64,000 nucleotides of DNA, taken from assembly GCF_041956535.1 (NCBI RefSeq), contig NW_027192197.1, positions 693,829 through 757,828 of the forward strand. The letters run 5' to 3'. The notes beneath the pieces are model-generated. The model was not told the DNA's origin, searched no databases, and was given only the letters and a program-made list of their open reading frames with translations. Below are positions 38,217-52,600 of the stretch, piece after piece. Within the stretch, counting starts at the first letter, position 1. Each line of letters opens with the position of its first letter. The DNA comes from Calcarisporiella thermophila CBS 279.70 (lineage: Eukaryota; Fungi; Calcarisporiellomycota). The position numbers and the translations under genes are program-made.

Positions 38217-40413
38217 CTATTGTCGAAGGAGAGCCTGCACGATGTGACTGACTTTCATATTCTTCAAATCAGTGTAGGTCTGGCCAGTACCCACGAATAG
38301 GATGGGCTGGCCGGTTGCATAGGTCATGGATAATGCAGCTCCAACCTAATATATAGAAAGGATTAGCATGGGAATCACCTTAGTTCATCGGCATCGGATT
38401 GTATTGATTTCTTACCTTATCATCTATTGTGTCGAACTTGGTTAGAATGATGCCGTCAATTTTCCGAGGATTCTGCAGGCCCGAGAAGTTGCATAGCGCT
38501 TGGTTGAATTTGGTTAGTTGGTCCACTGCCTCGTTGCCCACGAGGGCCTCCCCCACAAAAATGATTTTGTCCGGATTATTGACGGAGACGAGTTTTGCGA
38601 GCGCGCGCATCAGGGGTTCATTATCTTGCATCCGCCCAGCGGTATCGATCAAGACCACATCGTAGTTCTTCGCCCGAGCTAATGCAGGCAAAAAGGTTAC
38701 ACTCTCCATGTATACATTGGGTCGGTGAGGGGAAATTCAGATTACCATAACTGATTGCATCTTTTGCAATGCCTGCGGCATCTTTTCCATAGCCCTGCTC
38801 ATAGAGATCCACCACAGCCGTCTGCTCTAACATTTTCAGATTACGCGCATGAACCCGCAGTTGCTCCACCGCCCCGGATCGGAATGTATCGCAAGCGGCA
38901 ATTAATACCCGGAGCTGGTTTTGCAGCAACCAGAAACAGGTCTTGGATAGGTTCGTACTCTTACCTACCCCATTGACCCCAACGAACACGATGGTGTAGG
39001 GACGGGATTCAGCGCGTGCCTGTGCAATATCGCGGAGAAGATCCACGGAAGTTTTCGGCGTGAGGATGCGTTTGAGGGAAGACTCCATGGTCTCCTTAAC
39101 CAGGGAAGATATACCTAGCGGAATATGAAATTAGCACCTACTGTATGGAACTGTACAAGTATGCACTATTTACTTTTAAAACTCTCAAGCTTCTTGCCGA
39201 CAAGATTTTTTGCCACCGAGTCGCATAGATGCTGTGCAATTTCCGCAGCCACATTCTTGTTGATTAGATGCTCCTTCATCTGCCCTAACACAGGGCTTAG
39301 ATCCTGCTGGGTGAGCACCTTCTGCCCGGTTATACCCTTGAAGAATGCAAACATCCCCCTCTCTTTCTTTCCTTTCCCTGCATCTTCAACCTCATCTTCG
39401 GTATCTTCGTCGCCTCCCAAATCCTGTACAAGGTAGGTCCCATCTTCGGTGCGCTCTCCCATCTCACTTCGATCCACAAACTTCTCTGCAAGTGCGCTCG
39501 TGTCCGACTCATTTTCATTACTGAAATCGAGAGAAGCCATCTTTTCTTTTGTGATTTGGCCATCCCACTGGCGCGCCTCCTTCTTTTTCTTTGACTCTTG
39601 CTCTTCAGGCGTATTTTTTGTGGACCGAGTGTTGCGGCCACCCTTTCCACCACGCCCACGAGGGCCCAGTTTCGATTTCAGCTCCTTAATATTCTGGGCA
39701 ATTTCGTCCTCTAGTGCCTTATTAGAAAGTTCAGAATCTTAAAAAACGATAAAAGTATAACTAGTTAGTATCGTGCCTACAAACTTCTTAGGGAGCAAAA
39801 TATACCTTCTTGAGTCGAAGTTTTCACCCCCTTAAGGGTATTCTTGTACTTTTCGGTTTCTTCAAAACGGCGGGGGCGAGCGGCCTTCTTCTCCTAATAA
39901 TATTCGTACGATACTATTAGCTTCAGTAAGAATTCGGACGTGATTAAATAGATATACCATTCTCTCCTTTTCCTCGAGATTCTGAAGAATGGTTTCAAAA
40001 ATCTCTTCAAAATCATCAAATGTACGTAGCTGGTTGGTTTCTTGAATACGATCCGAGTACTTGTCACAAAAGAGACGCTTTACGGTTTCGAGCAGCTTGT
40101 CAACATAGGTCAGCTGTAAAATTTTCTGATAGGCAACCTGCAGATCGAAAACAGGATCCATTATTAATTTTAAGCTGGCGTTACCATCGGCTACTCAATT
40201 AAAGCAAAACCTTACCACAAAAATAAGATCGTGCTCATTTGCAAACGTCCATCTTAATGCGTAGGCATCTTTAATGTAAGTATGTGTTCCCGCTCGCTCT
40301 TCGATGAGCACATCTTTCACAAGAGAGTTGATCGGATTGCTGCGAATCGGCGCAAACGACTTGGACCAGAGGAGGAGTCCTCCTTTTGTGAGGACTGCAA
40401 AAAGATCGAGCAT
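38217..40413 (-). CDS. SRP101: Signal recognition particle receptor alpha subunit
   Basis: [16 protein letters not shown] longin domain; [29 protein letters not shown] and TKFDTIDDK. Confidence 0.96.
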
Positions 40414-40647
40414 GGCCGATGGTTTTTGTTGAAGAAATTAAGGCGATCTAAAAAGTTAGAGATCGAAGAGCTTAAACTGGGGGAAGTCCAGCCATTGTTC
40501 AGCCTGTGAAATCAAATATCAGATTCTCTCGATTCTGAAATTAATAGTGAATCTGGCCGCAATAAATTCGCAACTTTTCATTACGCATTAAATCGGCCTT
40601 TTGTCCATGCTTTTCTTTACAAGCTGCTTTTTTTTTTTTGCTAGAAA

Positions 40648-43600
40648 ATGTCCTCGCAGCCAAATTTTGAAACTTCCACGCATCCATCCACTTCCAAGCG
40701 AGATTTCCGCTCTGCTTCCTATTCTGCACGACCTTCTACCTCACGACCGACTACTTCCACCTCGAGATATACTCAGGATTTTGTTGCTGCAGTGGTCGAG
40801 AGCAGAGGAGTGGAAAACGAAGTAGGCATGTGTTTCATCGACATCAACACAAGTGAGATAGTCCTATCCCAAGTAAGTTGGTTTGCAATTCAACTCTGCT
40901 TCTTAACTAATCTCTGGATGTATGCGCGATATATTCGATACTACTCGATAGATTGCTGATTCGCAAACATATACAAAAACAATCCACAAGCTAAATCTGT
41001 ATGATCCTTTTGAAGTAAGAAATTTTAATCGTCGTTTATTCAAGGCTTTTTACCGCATATATACTAATAATTATGCTCTAGATACTCGTTCCAGTCATCT
41101 CTTGGGAGCCCGATAAGACTAAATTGTGCAAAATCATGACGGAGAGTATGCCCTTTGCAGTAATAAAGCCGATTGCGCGCAAATATTTTAGCCATGCAAC
41201 TGGTACAGTTAATTATGTTCTGCGTACAAAGGCTTTCTTTATAGAGATCTATTGGAGTTAGGCCTTCGATACATTAGAGTCTATAGCCTCAAAGAGAACC
41301 TCTCTTCACTTGAGCATGATATCTCCACAAAATACCTTTGCCTTGCCGCTACTGCTGCCGCCATCCAATATGTCGAGTCAGTGCAGGATATCGTTTTCTC
41401 CAATCACTCATTAAAGTTCAATTTCCAAGGCTGCGAAGGCACTATGCTAATAGACACCACCACTGTGCGCAACCTGGAGCTGATAAGCAACCTGAATGCC
41501 AAAATGAGTCAACATTCTCTCCTGAGAGTACTTGACCAAACGCGTACTCCCATGGGCACGCGTCTGCTTCGAATTAATTTGCTGCAACCTCTGGTGGATA
41601 CGGTTGTCATTAATGCACGACTTGATGCAGTTGAAGAACTAGCGTGCGTTGAACAGAGATTTCGTGCGACTCAAAATGGTCTGAGAGGATTTCACGATGT
41701 GGATCGGCTTATAACGCATCTCATCCGTGTACCAAAAAACCCCACATTGAAACATGCAGAAGAAAATTTGAATAGCATTCTCGTGTTGAAACATATGCTG
41801 AAGATGATATATTCTCTGCGTAGAGCATTTGTTGGGTGCCGATCAACGATGCTGGTGGCAATCTGTCAAGTAATTAAATGCAATCTGCAAGGATCTATTG
41901 ACAAAAAAGCTGAGCATTACAGTTAGATTTTGTCCGATCATAGGCTTGAGGAGTTTGAGCGTCTAATAAGCGCAGTAATTAATGAAGAGGTGACTTTCCA
42001 GAAAAATGCCAAAGACATTCGAAATCAAAGATGCTACGCGGTTAAAGTACATAGACCAGGTTGATTAAAATAGACATTGCATTAATTTTTTTATTCATGT
42101 TTGCTAGAGTGGTGCCAATGGTTTTCTTGACATTGGTACGGAAATATATTCCAATTGCTCATTTGAGCTTCCTTAAGCTTTCAAAACACTATTTTTATAT
42201 CAGCTCGCCAGACCTACAAGGATAACACGAATGAGCTTTATGAAATGGCAAATAGATATTCAGGTGAATAAGCATTTTCTTCCGGAAACGCATGGTTTGG
42301 CAGAGATACCAATCGAGCACGTCTTGACAAATGCTCTATTTTGAATATGCTCAAACTTGATAGATGAATTTAAGCTTCCGATCAAGGTCAATTTTAATCC
42401 AAACAGCGGATTTTTCCTCTCAACCTCAACCGAAAGTTTAAAAAACCGAGAGCTCCCCAAGATATTCATCAATGTAAAAAAGAAGAGGTGCAGCTTGGAA
42501 TTTACCACCATGGATCTGGTATGAGTAGGAATAAGGATCGATTTAAAACACATAAATACACGTCCAGCATAATAGATTAAGAAAAATAGCAGAATTAGCG
42601 ACTGTTTTGTTGAAATATACTTGATATCAGACAAGTAACCGCCCCAATTCTATGATCTTACAGTACGATAACCGTTTTCATTTTATTAGGATTATTGCTG
42701 ATTTGATTTTAAATATGTGCTCTTCTATCGGTGTCCTCTACAAAACTTCTGAGGCAATTGCGATGCTCGATATGCTTATTTCATTTGCACACGTTCACAT
42801 GCAGCATATCTACGGTATGTCGGCACCGGTTACTATTCTATTAAACTTAAATTTTCTCCCTTTATATGCAGTTCGACCTACGTTCACCGACACCCTCCTG
42901 GTCAAGCAAGGACGCCATCCAATACTAGAGGCATTTTTTCGTGAGCCAGTCGTGCCCAACGACATTTTTGCGAACAGCGCATCCAATTTTCAGATTATCA
43001 CGGGTCCTAATATGAGCGGGAAGAGCACGTACTTACGACAGATAGCATTGATATGTATAATGTCACAAATAGGATCACTGTATGTGAAGGAGCATCCAAA
43101 TTATACTAAAAATAGCCTCACTTTTCTTGCTTATCAATAGTGTGCCGGCTGAATATGCCAGCTTTCGCATTATCAACCAGGTTTGCTAACTGCTCTCCTC
43201 GGAATTACCGCGTTTTATTAGTTTTCTACTAATATGCAGTTATTTTCACGCGTTGGGAGTGATGACGATATAGAAACGAATTCATCCTCATTTGCTGTTG
43301 AGATGCGGGAAACTGCCTACATTATGCATAACGTGACGGAAGAGAGCCTTGTGATTATAGATGAATTGGGGCGTGGTTAGTAAACTGTCAACTGTATTTC
43401 TGCTGTAAGACTTGGTATAGTTAAATTATCTACGTGGAATATAGGGACTTCTACTAATGATGGAATCGCAATCGCTTGTGCGATTTGCGACGAGTTACTG
43501 AAGAAGAAACCACTCGTGTTTTGTGTGACGCATTTCCAAGAGATGATATCACTTCTATCCTCCCATCCCAATGTGCTCAACTTGAATATGCAATCAACCG

Positions 43601-44203
43601 TAGCGATCTCAAATAACACTTTTTAAATGAAGCTCGAGATTTCAAAATGCCCACTTTAAAACTTAGGTGGGCGCACCAGATTCGCGGCATATCCTACAGC
43701 ATTCATACACAGTCCGTGAGGGGCCCAATCTAGCGGCTGACTACGGTAAATTACAGAATTACTACTTCTTTTCCTCGCAGTGGTTTGATAAACGAGCTGC
43801 ATGAAGGAATCAAACTTTGCAAAATCGCGGGGTTTCCTGAAGAGATTCTTACGCGGGCAAGGGAAATTTCACAAGAGGTAGACTTAATATTAAGGCCGAG
43901 CTAGACAAGGATATATATTTAACACATTCATCAGTTAAAATATCGATTCAAAAATGTCCACGAGTCTAGGGAGACTGTGCGAATACGACGGCGAAGAAGA
44001 ATACTACTCCAAGTTTAACCTTTACTAATTCGATATAAGGGAAGGGTTTATACTGACATGAATCTATTTTTTTTTTATCATAGCTTGTTCATCAATTAAT
44101 CCAATTAACACGCCAAAATATTCTTCAATTGAGCGACGAGCAGCTATTGCCATACATGCAAGGAATACAGAAAGATTTTGTAAGGGTGATGACAGATGCT
44201 TGA
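40648..44203 (+). CDS. MSH4: Meiotic MutS homolog 4
   Basis: [13 protein letters not shown]...[52 protein letters not shown] and IDELGRGTS; no mismatch-recognition domain I; many introns. Confidence 0.92.
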
Positions 44204-44712
44204 CATAAGTGATGCGCCATGGTAGACCCTATAACAGATGTTGTACTTGGGATATATATAGCTCAAGTATGCGGATATATTTTTAGTATTACGAAAACAT
44301 TTCATTAATAAACAAGCAAATTATATTGTTATCACTTTGGAATGACACTACAAACGCGACCAAAGTTTTTCACTCTACTATGAAGCAGATTGCATTTATA
44401 GCTTTATTTTTTTACTAAACTTCAGCGACTCTATAATATTAGGTAGAAGCTGGAGGAATTTGCATTGAAAAAGGAGTCGGTGCATACTCCAAATTTAACA
44501 GAACATGATAGCGGAGTGCTTTTAATTTTAAACTACTGACTTTAAGTGAGTACTAATTGCTGCGGCGCATCGAGCTGGCGAAGTATTATTGGAGAGTGAC
44601 AAAGATTTCACAATAGTATTTTGAGCGTGAACTGTAAAATCATTATAATCCCCCCTTGCCCTTTTCCTCCATTTCCTATTAATCAATTTCCATCCAAACC
44701 GGGCATACAAGC

Positions 44713-45374
44713 ATGCCATCTATTCAAGACGAAGTTCAGCTGGTTCCTCTTTGCATTGATGAAGAGCTGGTAAAGTGCTCTCAGCACAAGCGCGAGGTTT
44801 GCTCCGAGTGCAACGCCGATTATACCGCTCAAAACTCCCTCTATCGCGCTCTCAAACAAACGAACGGCCAGGTTCCACCCCCCAACAGTGTCCATCCGGT
44901 ACTTGGGACGCAGATTACAAAATTAAAGGATGAGGGCAATCAGAAATATAGAGCGGGGCAACATGAGGAAGCAGTGCGGCTCTACACTCTTGCTATCGAC
45001 ATGAGCTATGCTCGACCCCTTTGGGAACCGCACATGTTCGTTAGGGAGGAGCTGAGCGTGTTGCTTGGAAATAGAGCCGCGGCCTATTTGGCCATGGGCG
45101 ATTTTGTCAAGGCTTACGTCGATGCTGAAATTGCTATCCGCGCCAAGCCTCCGTATTCAAAAGCTCATTTCCGTAAGTAGTATTGGTTGTTCACAATTGG
45201 AAGGAAAGCATCGCTAATGACCTTACAGGGAAAGGAAAAGCATTACTTGGCTTGAAACGCTATCAAGAGGCAATTCAGGCATTCGAAATTGGTCTTCAGG
45301 TTGACCCCAAGAGCGATGAGCTGCAAAAGGGCTTGAAGGAGGCGAAGGAGCTGCTGGGCAGCAAGGATGAATAA
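44713..45374 (+). CDS. SEC72: Sec72-like TPR subunit of the post-translational translocon
   Basis: VPPP...ITKLKDEGN, RPLWEP..VREELSVLLGNRA and KAHFRKGKAL; one intron. Confidence 0.8.
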
Positions 45375-46150
45375 TTTTCTCTTTCCATTTTTCCCCCTCT
45401 CTCTCTTCTATCTGATTGTAAGTAGCTTTCTTTTTACTGGGAGAATGCATCGTTGTATGTGAATATTCTTTTTTTTTTTGCAGCTCATAATTATAATATG
45501 AAATCCAATTAAACGATTAGAGCCAACTCATTTTCCTGTGGAATATTCACACATATGAAAACATGGCGCTCTTAACAAAAAATAAAATAAAATAAAGTAA
45601 AAAGGCAGCATAAACTCTTTCTAAATCTAGGGCTAAATAGAAACCATTCCCTCAGTGGGCGATTAGCTTTATAACATCGTTAAGATTTTGGAAAGGCTTA
45701 ATCGCTATCTACATGGGAGCGTGATACTTCGTAGTGGGTATTCTTACATTTTGACCGTGTTCCATTAGTAACTACAATGCTCTATTTGAGGTCTATCCGT
45801 ATGAATATACGATTAAACCTACCTTTGAAGTACATCCTCGAGTAGGTTATTCGGCTCATTGACGTTTCTATCACACCTCGTTTTCTCTGTATGGAGTAAA
45901 TTGGGATTTTTTCCCATCAACTCAACCTAAGGAAAGGCCACTATAAGTCGACTGATAGGACCCAATTCGGGGTGCCTCAATTTACCGAGATCGGATCAAG
46001 GGGACTGGGTTAAATGAAGTGTCTACTCAAGATTTCAGATGCTGGTGGCAAAAGCATTTTTATATTAGGCTAAAATCGAGGTAAACGCCCTTTTGCCTTT
46101 GCTCCTCTTTATTCCAGTCGACCTAATTCAAATCCATTCCATTGACAAAT

Positions 46151-46531
46151 ATGAATTCATATAACTTACTTCGTAGAGGTCTCGCCTCTCGCCTTCCGAT
46201 TCCCTCCATTGTATGTAAGCGCACCATTGTGGTCGGTGGCGCCCCTGAGCTCGAGGAAAAGTGGGAGAAGGATTACCAGAAACGTAAAAGGAAAGGCATC
46301 GCAGAGGGTGAAAAAGAAGTCGAGGCCCGCGAGGAAATCCAACCCGAAGACGGACCAACACCCGTTGATTCCCAGGCTGCAGCAGCTTGTAAGTTTGCGT
46401 CCTGTTTTCCGAAATTGACCTCATTCTAATGCGGTTGTTTATTTTCTAAACTCGAAGCCGAATCACGAACTGAAGATCCACAAGGATCGCGGGAACGACA
46501 ACAACATCAAACAGAACAAGGTAAAAAATAG
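46151..46531 (+). CDS. Small hydrophilic protein with a mitochondrial-presequence-like N-terminus
   Basis: MNSYNLLRRGLASRLP... followed by an E/K/Q-rich region; GTAAGT...AAG intron at about 46389-46457 gives an in-frame stop at 46531. Confidence 0.55.
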
Positions 46532-46771
46532 ACAGAACTTAGCACTCTCCCAACTGTACATCAATCATCTGAGAGCTTTTTGGGAAATAAATCGAAGAAT
46601 GAATTCGTTTCTTATATATGGCTATACAATCACAAGCATGACTCCAACCATCCTCAACCCCTTTCGACCGTTAAAACAGTCAGGAAGACATAAAAAAAAA
46701 GACGATTGTCTAATAAAATAATAAAGCTAAATATAGGGGTAAAAGAGATCTAATATAAGGGCTCGTACGGT

Positions 46772-48168
46772 TTATGACACATTAGACACCTTGATATTGT
46801 CCATCCGATTTCCATCTGCCACCGATTGGCTCGACACGGAGAGTGGAATGGATCTAGCGGATGACTTCAAATTGGATTGCTGTTGCTTCGAGATTGTGTA
46901 GACAATCCCTGCTGCAAATCCTACAATAACCGCCGTAACACTCCCAAATGTGATGGGATCTCCGAAAAAGATCATGCCGCTGGCTGCTACAGGCAGTTTA
47001 TTCAGCGCGCCCACCATACTGTAGGTGGTGGATGAGGTTACCCGAACACACCACGCACTAGTGTAGCTGATTCCGAAGGCTGAAATGCCAGAGAAGATCA
47101 TGGCAGTCAGTAACCAGTCTCTTGTCTCACTGGGGCTACCATGGCATTCATATACGGATTAATGGATGTACTAAACGGAAAAAGGACATATCTGCTTACA
47201 AGTTATGAGAAATATTTTCCGTAGACCAGTCCTCAAATATGAGTGTCAGTACAAAGAGCAGTGGGATACTCAACAGATTATTGTCTACAAGAAGAAAGAT
47301 TAAGCTGAATATCTTGGAGATAATAAGGCTATAACTTATTACAGAACACCGTGTCAAAATCTTTGAAGTTGGTCAGCTTTATACGCTTGCGCATGTAGAG
47401 GACATAAGCAGCCGATGAAAAGCAGTTTGCAAACATCCAAGTGTACCCTACAAAGGTGGAGCCAAGTGTGTAGGTATCTGGATCCACATTTAAACTGGCT
47501 AATGCTGCCAGGGAATCGGAGATATCGGACCAGCCCGCGATGACCGAGGAGAGGACCTAAACAGAGCCCATAAAACAAAGTTAAACCCTATCCATAGCCA
47601 GCAGGGCTTGCTCCAATTACCATAAGCAAGAATGAAAGCATCATTAGACGCGTCACAGAGCCCCCGAACCACAAAACCTCACCATACGCAATTAGTATGA
47701 TGGTGAGATTCTTGAAAATCGTGTAAATGGGAATGCGCAAGTACTGCAAAGATTTGCTGCCCGTATAGATCATGGCAACGAGAAATATGGCTATCGGGAA
47801 CCATTTCTTTGCTTCACCGGAATCGAATGATCGATAATTTATCAGTTTAAAGAATTTAAAGATCTCCAGCAATCCTACTGCGACGACAGACTAAATCAAA
47901 AATAAAGTAAATAGGAAAGATTTATCTTGCTTGTTTTTGTTTGTTTGCTTACCTGTATGGTTAATAAGAGGAAATTCATGTTAAATTCAGATCCGGACAC
48001 AACATACTTATTGGTAACCGTCATAAGTATAGAGGCAGCACAATATGAAAACACCGGCAATGATGCCGTAAGGGTTGAATTGGAACTGTGCATGGATCGT
48101 TTCTGTGGGGGATGCTGCTGGCGCTCATCGCTGAGCAGAATATTAACGTCATCCTTTTGCTGGGACAT
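46772..48168 (-). CDS. VRG4: Golgi GDP-mannose transporter
   Basis: [40 protein letters not shown] and [15 protein letters not shown] (GALNK motif). Confidence 0.95.
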
Positions 48169-48423
48169 TTTTGCTCGTTGCAACCGATAATGTTATGTTG
48201 TTTGTGTCTTCCCTCTTTATTCTTCAGGGTATTAAAGGAGCCAGCGATAGAGGGGGGGGGGGAAGGGGGAAATGTGTGAATATTAAAAGACTTTATTGTT
48301 ATGCTCTAAGTGCAAAGAAATGAAAAATGTAAGACGTGAAGATCCCCCGCATCCAATGACGTTTTTGGATGACGATTTTTTTACTCGGCATTTCATAAGA
48401 GCCGAGCCATCGCCCGCTTTGGA

Positions 48424-49531
48424 TCAACTTAGAAGGTCATCAAAGATGCCCTCCAAATATTCATCAAACTCCTCGTCGCGAGTTTTCTCAGCAACCACCG
48501 TAGTCCGTGTCCAGATATTGTCGGCATCCTCTTTCTGTTTCTCCTCCTCTTGGCCTGCAGTTTCTTCTGACTTTCGTTTGTCTTTTATAGAGAATCGATG
48601 CGAACGGGCAATCAGAATCGTTTAGAGTTGCCATAGAATAAAATAATCCTTACCTTCACCTTCTACTTCGTCTTCTTCCTCTTCCCCTTTTCTCCGCCTC
48701 TTTCCTTTCTCCTTTTCTCGTTCACTCAATCCCTCTTCTTCCCTCTTATCCCGGTGCCGTTTCCGTCGTGCCAACTTGGCCTGCCGTTTATAATTGAGTT
48801 TGTTGGAGCAAGCTTCACAAAGTCGCACCTTAACCAGTGCGTTCTTGCGCTCGCCATGCTCTTGATATGCGAAATTCACCTCCCAACTCTTGAGTCCGTT
48901 GATCTCTTCACAAGAAGTTGAAGCACAAACGAACTGGCCTAGTAGATACGTGAGGAGAGAGAGAAGTATGATAAATAACTGTAATATGCATACCTTTGCC
49001 TGATATGACTTCCTTCTGTGTCCGCCATCGCATGGCGATCTATCAATAAAAATGACCAGGTTTTGTCTTATGCATGCGCGATTAAAAAAAGCAGCTACAC
49101 CCACCTTGCCCACTCGGTAGTACTTTAATTCTATGATGGCATACTCTTTAAATAGTTTATTGTAATACTTCTGAGCGACGCGCTGCTCCCAGGTGAGATT
49201 GGCATCTTCCTCGGGATCCCTCAAGAATCTGCTCGAAACAAAAAGTTAAGTCAAAGAATGGAGGCGAGCAAAGTGATATTCAAGTTACTTGTGATTTTCA
49301 ATCAAGACGTCTACATCTGTCTTTCCTTCTGCTAGGCGTGATCTTGATTTTGAGCGAGTGCCATAGAAATTAAGATATTCTGTGACATATTTCTTGTGCC
49401 GCGAATACTTATGAATAAAAGACAACTAGTTAAGGTCGCGAATAAAATAGCGTACAATGTAAGGTACCCACGGCATCAAGTCCTCCTAAATCGTTGCGGA
49501 ATATACGTTTAGTGAATTCATTCTGTTCCAT
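48424..49531 (-). CDS. FRA10AC1: FRA10AC1 spliceosomal C-complex protein
   Basis: WEQRVAQKYYNKLFKEYAI, MRWRT.KEV..GKGQF.C, SWEVNFAY.EHGERKNALVKVRLC..CS.KLNY and F..DLL C-terminus. Confidence 0.93.
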
Positions 49532-49671
49532 AATGTAGAAATTGAACGTAGAATATTAGAGTAAAAATGATAGGAACACCGTGACTTGAAATAAATTGAC
49601 TAACGGGGCTATGTACAAGGTTACAATACAAAATGCTGAAATTGAAATTAAAAAAAAAATATTAAAAACTA

Positions 49672-52600
49672 TTAGACACTTCTCGTCCCCTTTTCTCGCA
49701 CCGCCATATCCTTCAAATCCCAGTCCACCTGCACCATTCCTTCCATGAAGCGCTTCTCTTCCTTTTCCCTTCGCTCCCATTGTCTCTTCTCCGACTCGGG
49801 CGGGGAGGCTATATCCGTCTCTGGTTGTTGGCGAAGTCGCGATTTGAATAGAGCTGGCTCCATTCTCTCGAGCCTGGACTCATACCGCTGCAGTTTTCTT
49901 CGCGTTTCCTCCAGCTCTGCTAGAATTCTTCCGTCTAATGTCAGACCTTCGCCAAGGCCCGCAAATTTCCTGCGACCATCCTCCTCTTTGAATTGCGACA
50001 CGAACGATTCAACGCGGCTCCCACGTTCAAATTGATCTTCGTATCTCTTCATGCGCTCCACTAACTTTCGCCGCTCCACCTGTAATTCAGCGAGCTCAGT
50101 GTCCTTCACCATCATATCACGCTGTAAGCTCTCGACGCGAGTCCGCAAGCGCCTTGCCTCTTCTTGCACCTCTCGGAGCTCTTCTTTAAGCGCCCGTATA
50201 GCCATTTCCCCGTCGCGCGTTAAACCCTGCATCTTTTCTTCCAGCGCTGCCCGGCTCGTCAGAACGCGCTCTCGAGTCACCATGTTTTGGAAGGCATGGG
50301 CCCTCAAATCCGCCACGACTCGCTCCAGTCTGTCGCTCCTGCTTCTCTCGACCTGCATCTGATGCAACGCATCCTGTTTATCGCGCTCAAGCTCGCGAAG
50401 CGTGGCAGTGAGCCGTTCATTTTCGACACTGACATCGCGGAGCTGAATTTGGAGTTCGTTGCGCGTGCCATCCAGGGTAAAGAGCATGTCACGCGCATTT
50501 TTTAGCTCGCTTTGCAAACGAATGTGCTCCTCTTCGGTTTGCTGAAGTTCTTTCTCGGCGCTGGCGAGACTCTTTTTTAAGTCTATATTAAGGGGATAAA
50601 AGAAGTGAAAATATTTTAAAAAATGGAATCGGTCGTAGCGTCTCACTCCCCAACTAACCTCTACACTGTTGCTCAAAAAATTGCTTTTCTTCCTTAACCC
50701 GCCCAATCTCAAGTGCACAGTCATCCAGCGCCCTTTGTAGCTGAGCGATGCGTCGTTCTCGAAGCTGCTCTCCCGACTCTCGCTCCATCTTTCGAGCCGT
50801 CTCCTTCAACCTCCTAATCTCTTCCACTTTATCTTGTTCCCTAAGCTCACATTCTTTATGTCGGTCCATTGAGATCCGCAGCTCGGAGGCAAGTCGATCG
50901 CGCTCCGCCATGACTCGGGTGAGTTCAGTGTCGAGTCGCTCACACTCGCGAATATAGGACGTGACCTGGGCTCGAAGGTGGTTTACTTGGGCGTCAGATT
51001 CGCGCAGGGACGCCTTCAGGCTATCGCGGTCGGCAGTGACTTGTGCAAGAAGCCCGGCAAGCTCTTGTTCCTCTCGTTTATCTGTGTTGCTTTCACTGCC
51101 ATATTGCTTTCGTTCCAACCCGCGGATTCTCTCTTCACGGTATCTAAGCTCTTCATTCAGCTCTTCGCATCTTCTCTCTAGTCTACTTATGGCCTGCCTT
51201 GTCTCTTCTTCCTCTTTTTTGTCTTCCGTTTTGTTCCCGTTGCCATATCGAGTCCGGTCCTTATAGAGCCCCATAAGCTCTTCGTGCATTTGCGAGTACA
51301 GCAACTTAAGATTTTCTCTTTCCACCTCTATCGAGCGCATCTCTTCTTCAATATTATCGATATGAAACTCGAATTGGCGCAGCAGTGAGATCAGTTCACG
51401 GTACTGTTGTGAGGAGCCCAACCCTTCCACCTTCTCGGTCGTCTCCCGTCGGAGCGTATCACGAACAGAGTCCTTGGGCGTTCCCGCAATGTGGGATAGT
51501 TTCTCACCAAGCATACGAAGCTGGTCAGTAATGAGGCGCTGTTGGCTTTCAAGAACTTGAAGCTGGGAATCATGGGACGGCCGGCTGTCATCATGGGACG
51601 AGGTGGGAGACTGCCCTGGACGTGGTGATGTAGTGTTTTGAGGCGAAATTGACTGGGGACGGTCGAGCTCGGAGCGTGCTTCCACGAGTGCCAGGCGCAA
51701 GCGGCTATTTTCCGCTTTTAATTCTGAATAATTATTGCATTCCAACATAGTGTCCGGATTAGCCCTCGTTGTCATTCACATAAGTCGATGGGAATGTACT
51801 TACGTTCAAAGTCCTCGCGTATCTGCTCATTTGTCCGCTCTAGGGATTTTTGAATCATCGCAACATGTTCTTCCAGCTCCTCTGTGGTCATCGTACGTTG
51901 GTTGCTGTTGCCCTCAGTGTCGTCTGTCTCGCCGTCTTTTGCTCTGTCAAGCAAAGCACTTTGGAACCTACGTGTCAACTTCTCTACCTCACACAAGTTC
52001 TTGCCTAGCTTCTTCCTGCTCTCTGCGTTCACTTGCTCGACGAGTCGTGCTCGGTCTGTGCCATAGGTGGAGGCTAGCATCTCTTTTTCACGCTTTAGTC
52101 GTCCAACGTTCTAATCAATTAACAAAAATGCACGGTGAGCAATAGGCGGCCATCACAAGTCTATAATACTCATAAGATTTTGTGGGCTAGACGGATACTT
52201 ACTTCCTCCAAATCCATCACTCTGTCCTGCAAATACTCCACAAGAGTCTCCAACTGTTCAACACGCGTCGATCGGGTCACCGCGGAAGATTTACTATTAA
52301 GATACTCCATGTTCTCGACACACCGCTCTTCGAGCGCAGCGTTCAGTCGAGTGATTTCATTCTCACGATGTTCGACTTTCTTGGACAGTTGCTCAATCTA
52401 AAGACGGGTAAAAGAAAATGGCCATGAACATGGAACACAATCAAAAGAGTAACTAAATTGTAGGTGAGCATTCCAACCTCTTCTTCTAATTCTTCTACTT
52501 TTTTGAGTTCTTCACTCTTCTGTGGTAAGCTATCGGCTTTAACGTCACCTATAAGAAGAAGCAAAAGGTTCGCTTTGGTAAACAGAAGGATAGGATGGGC

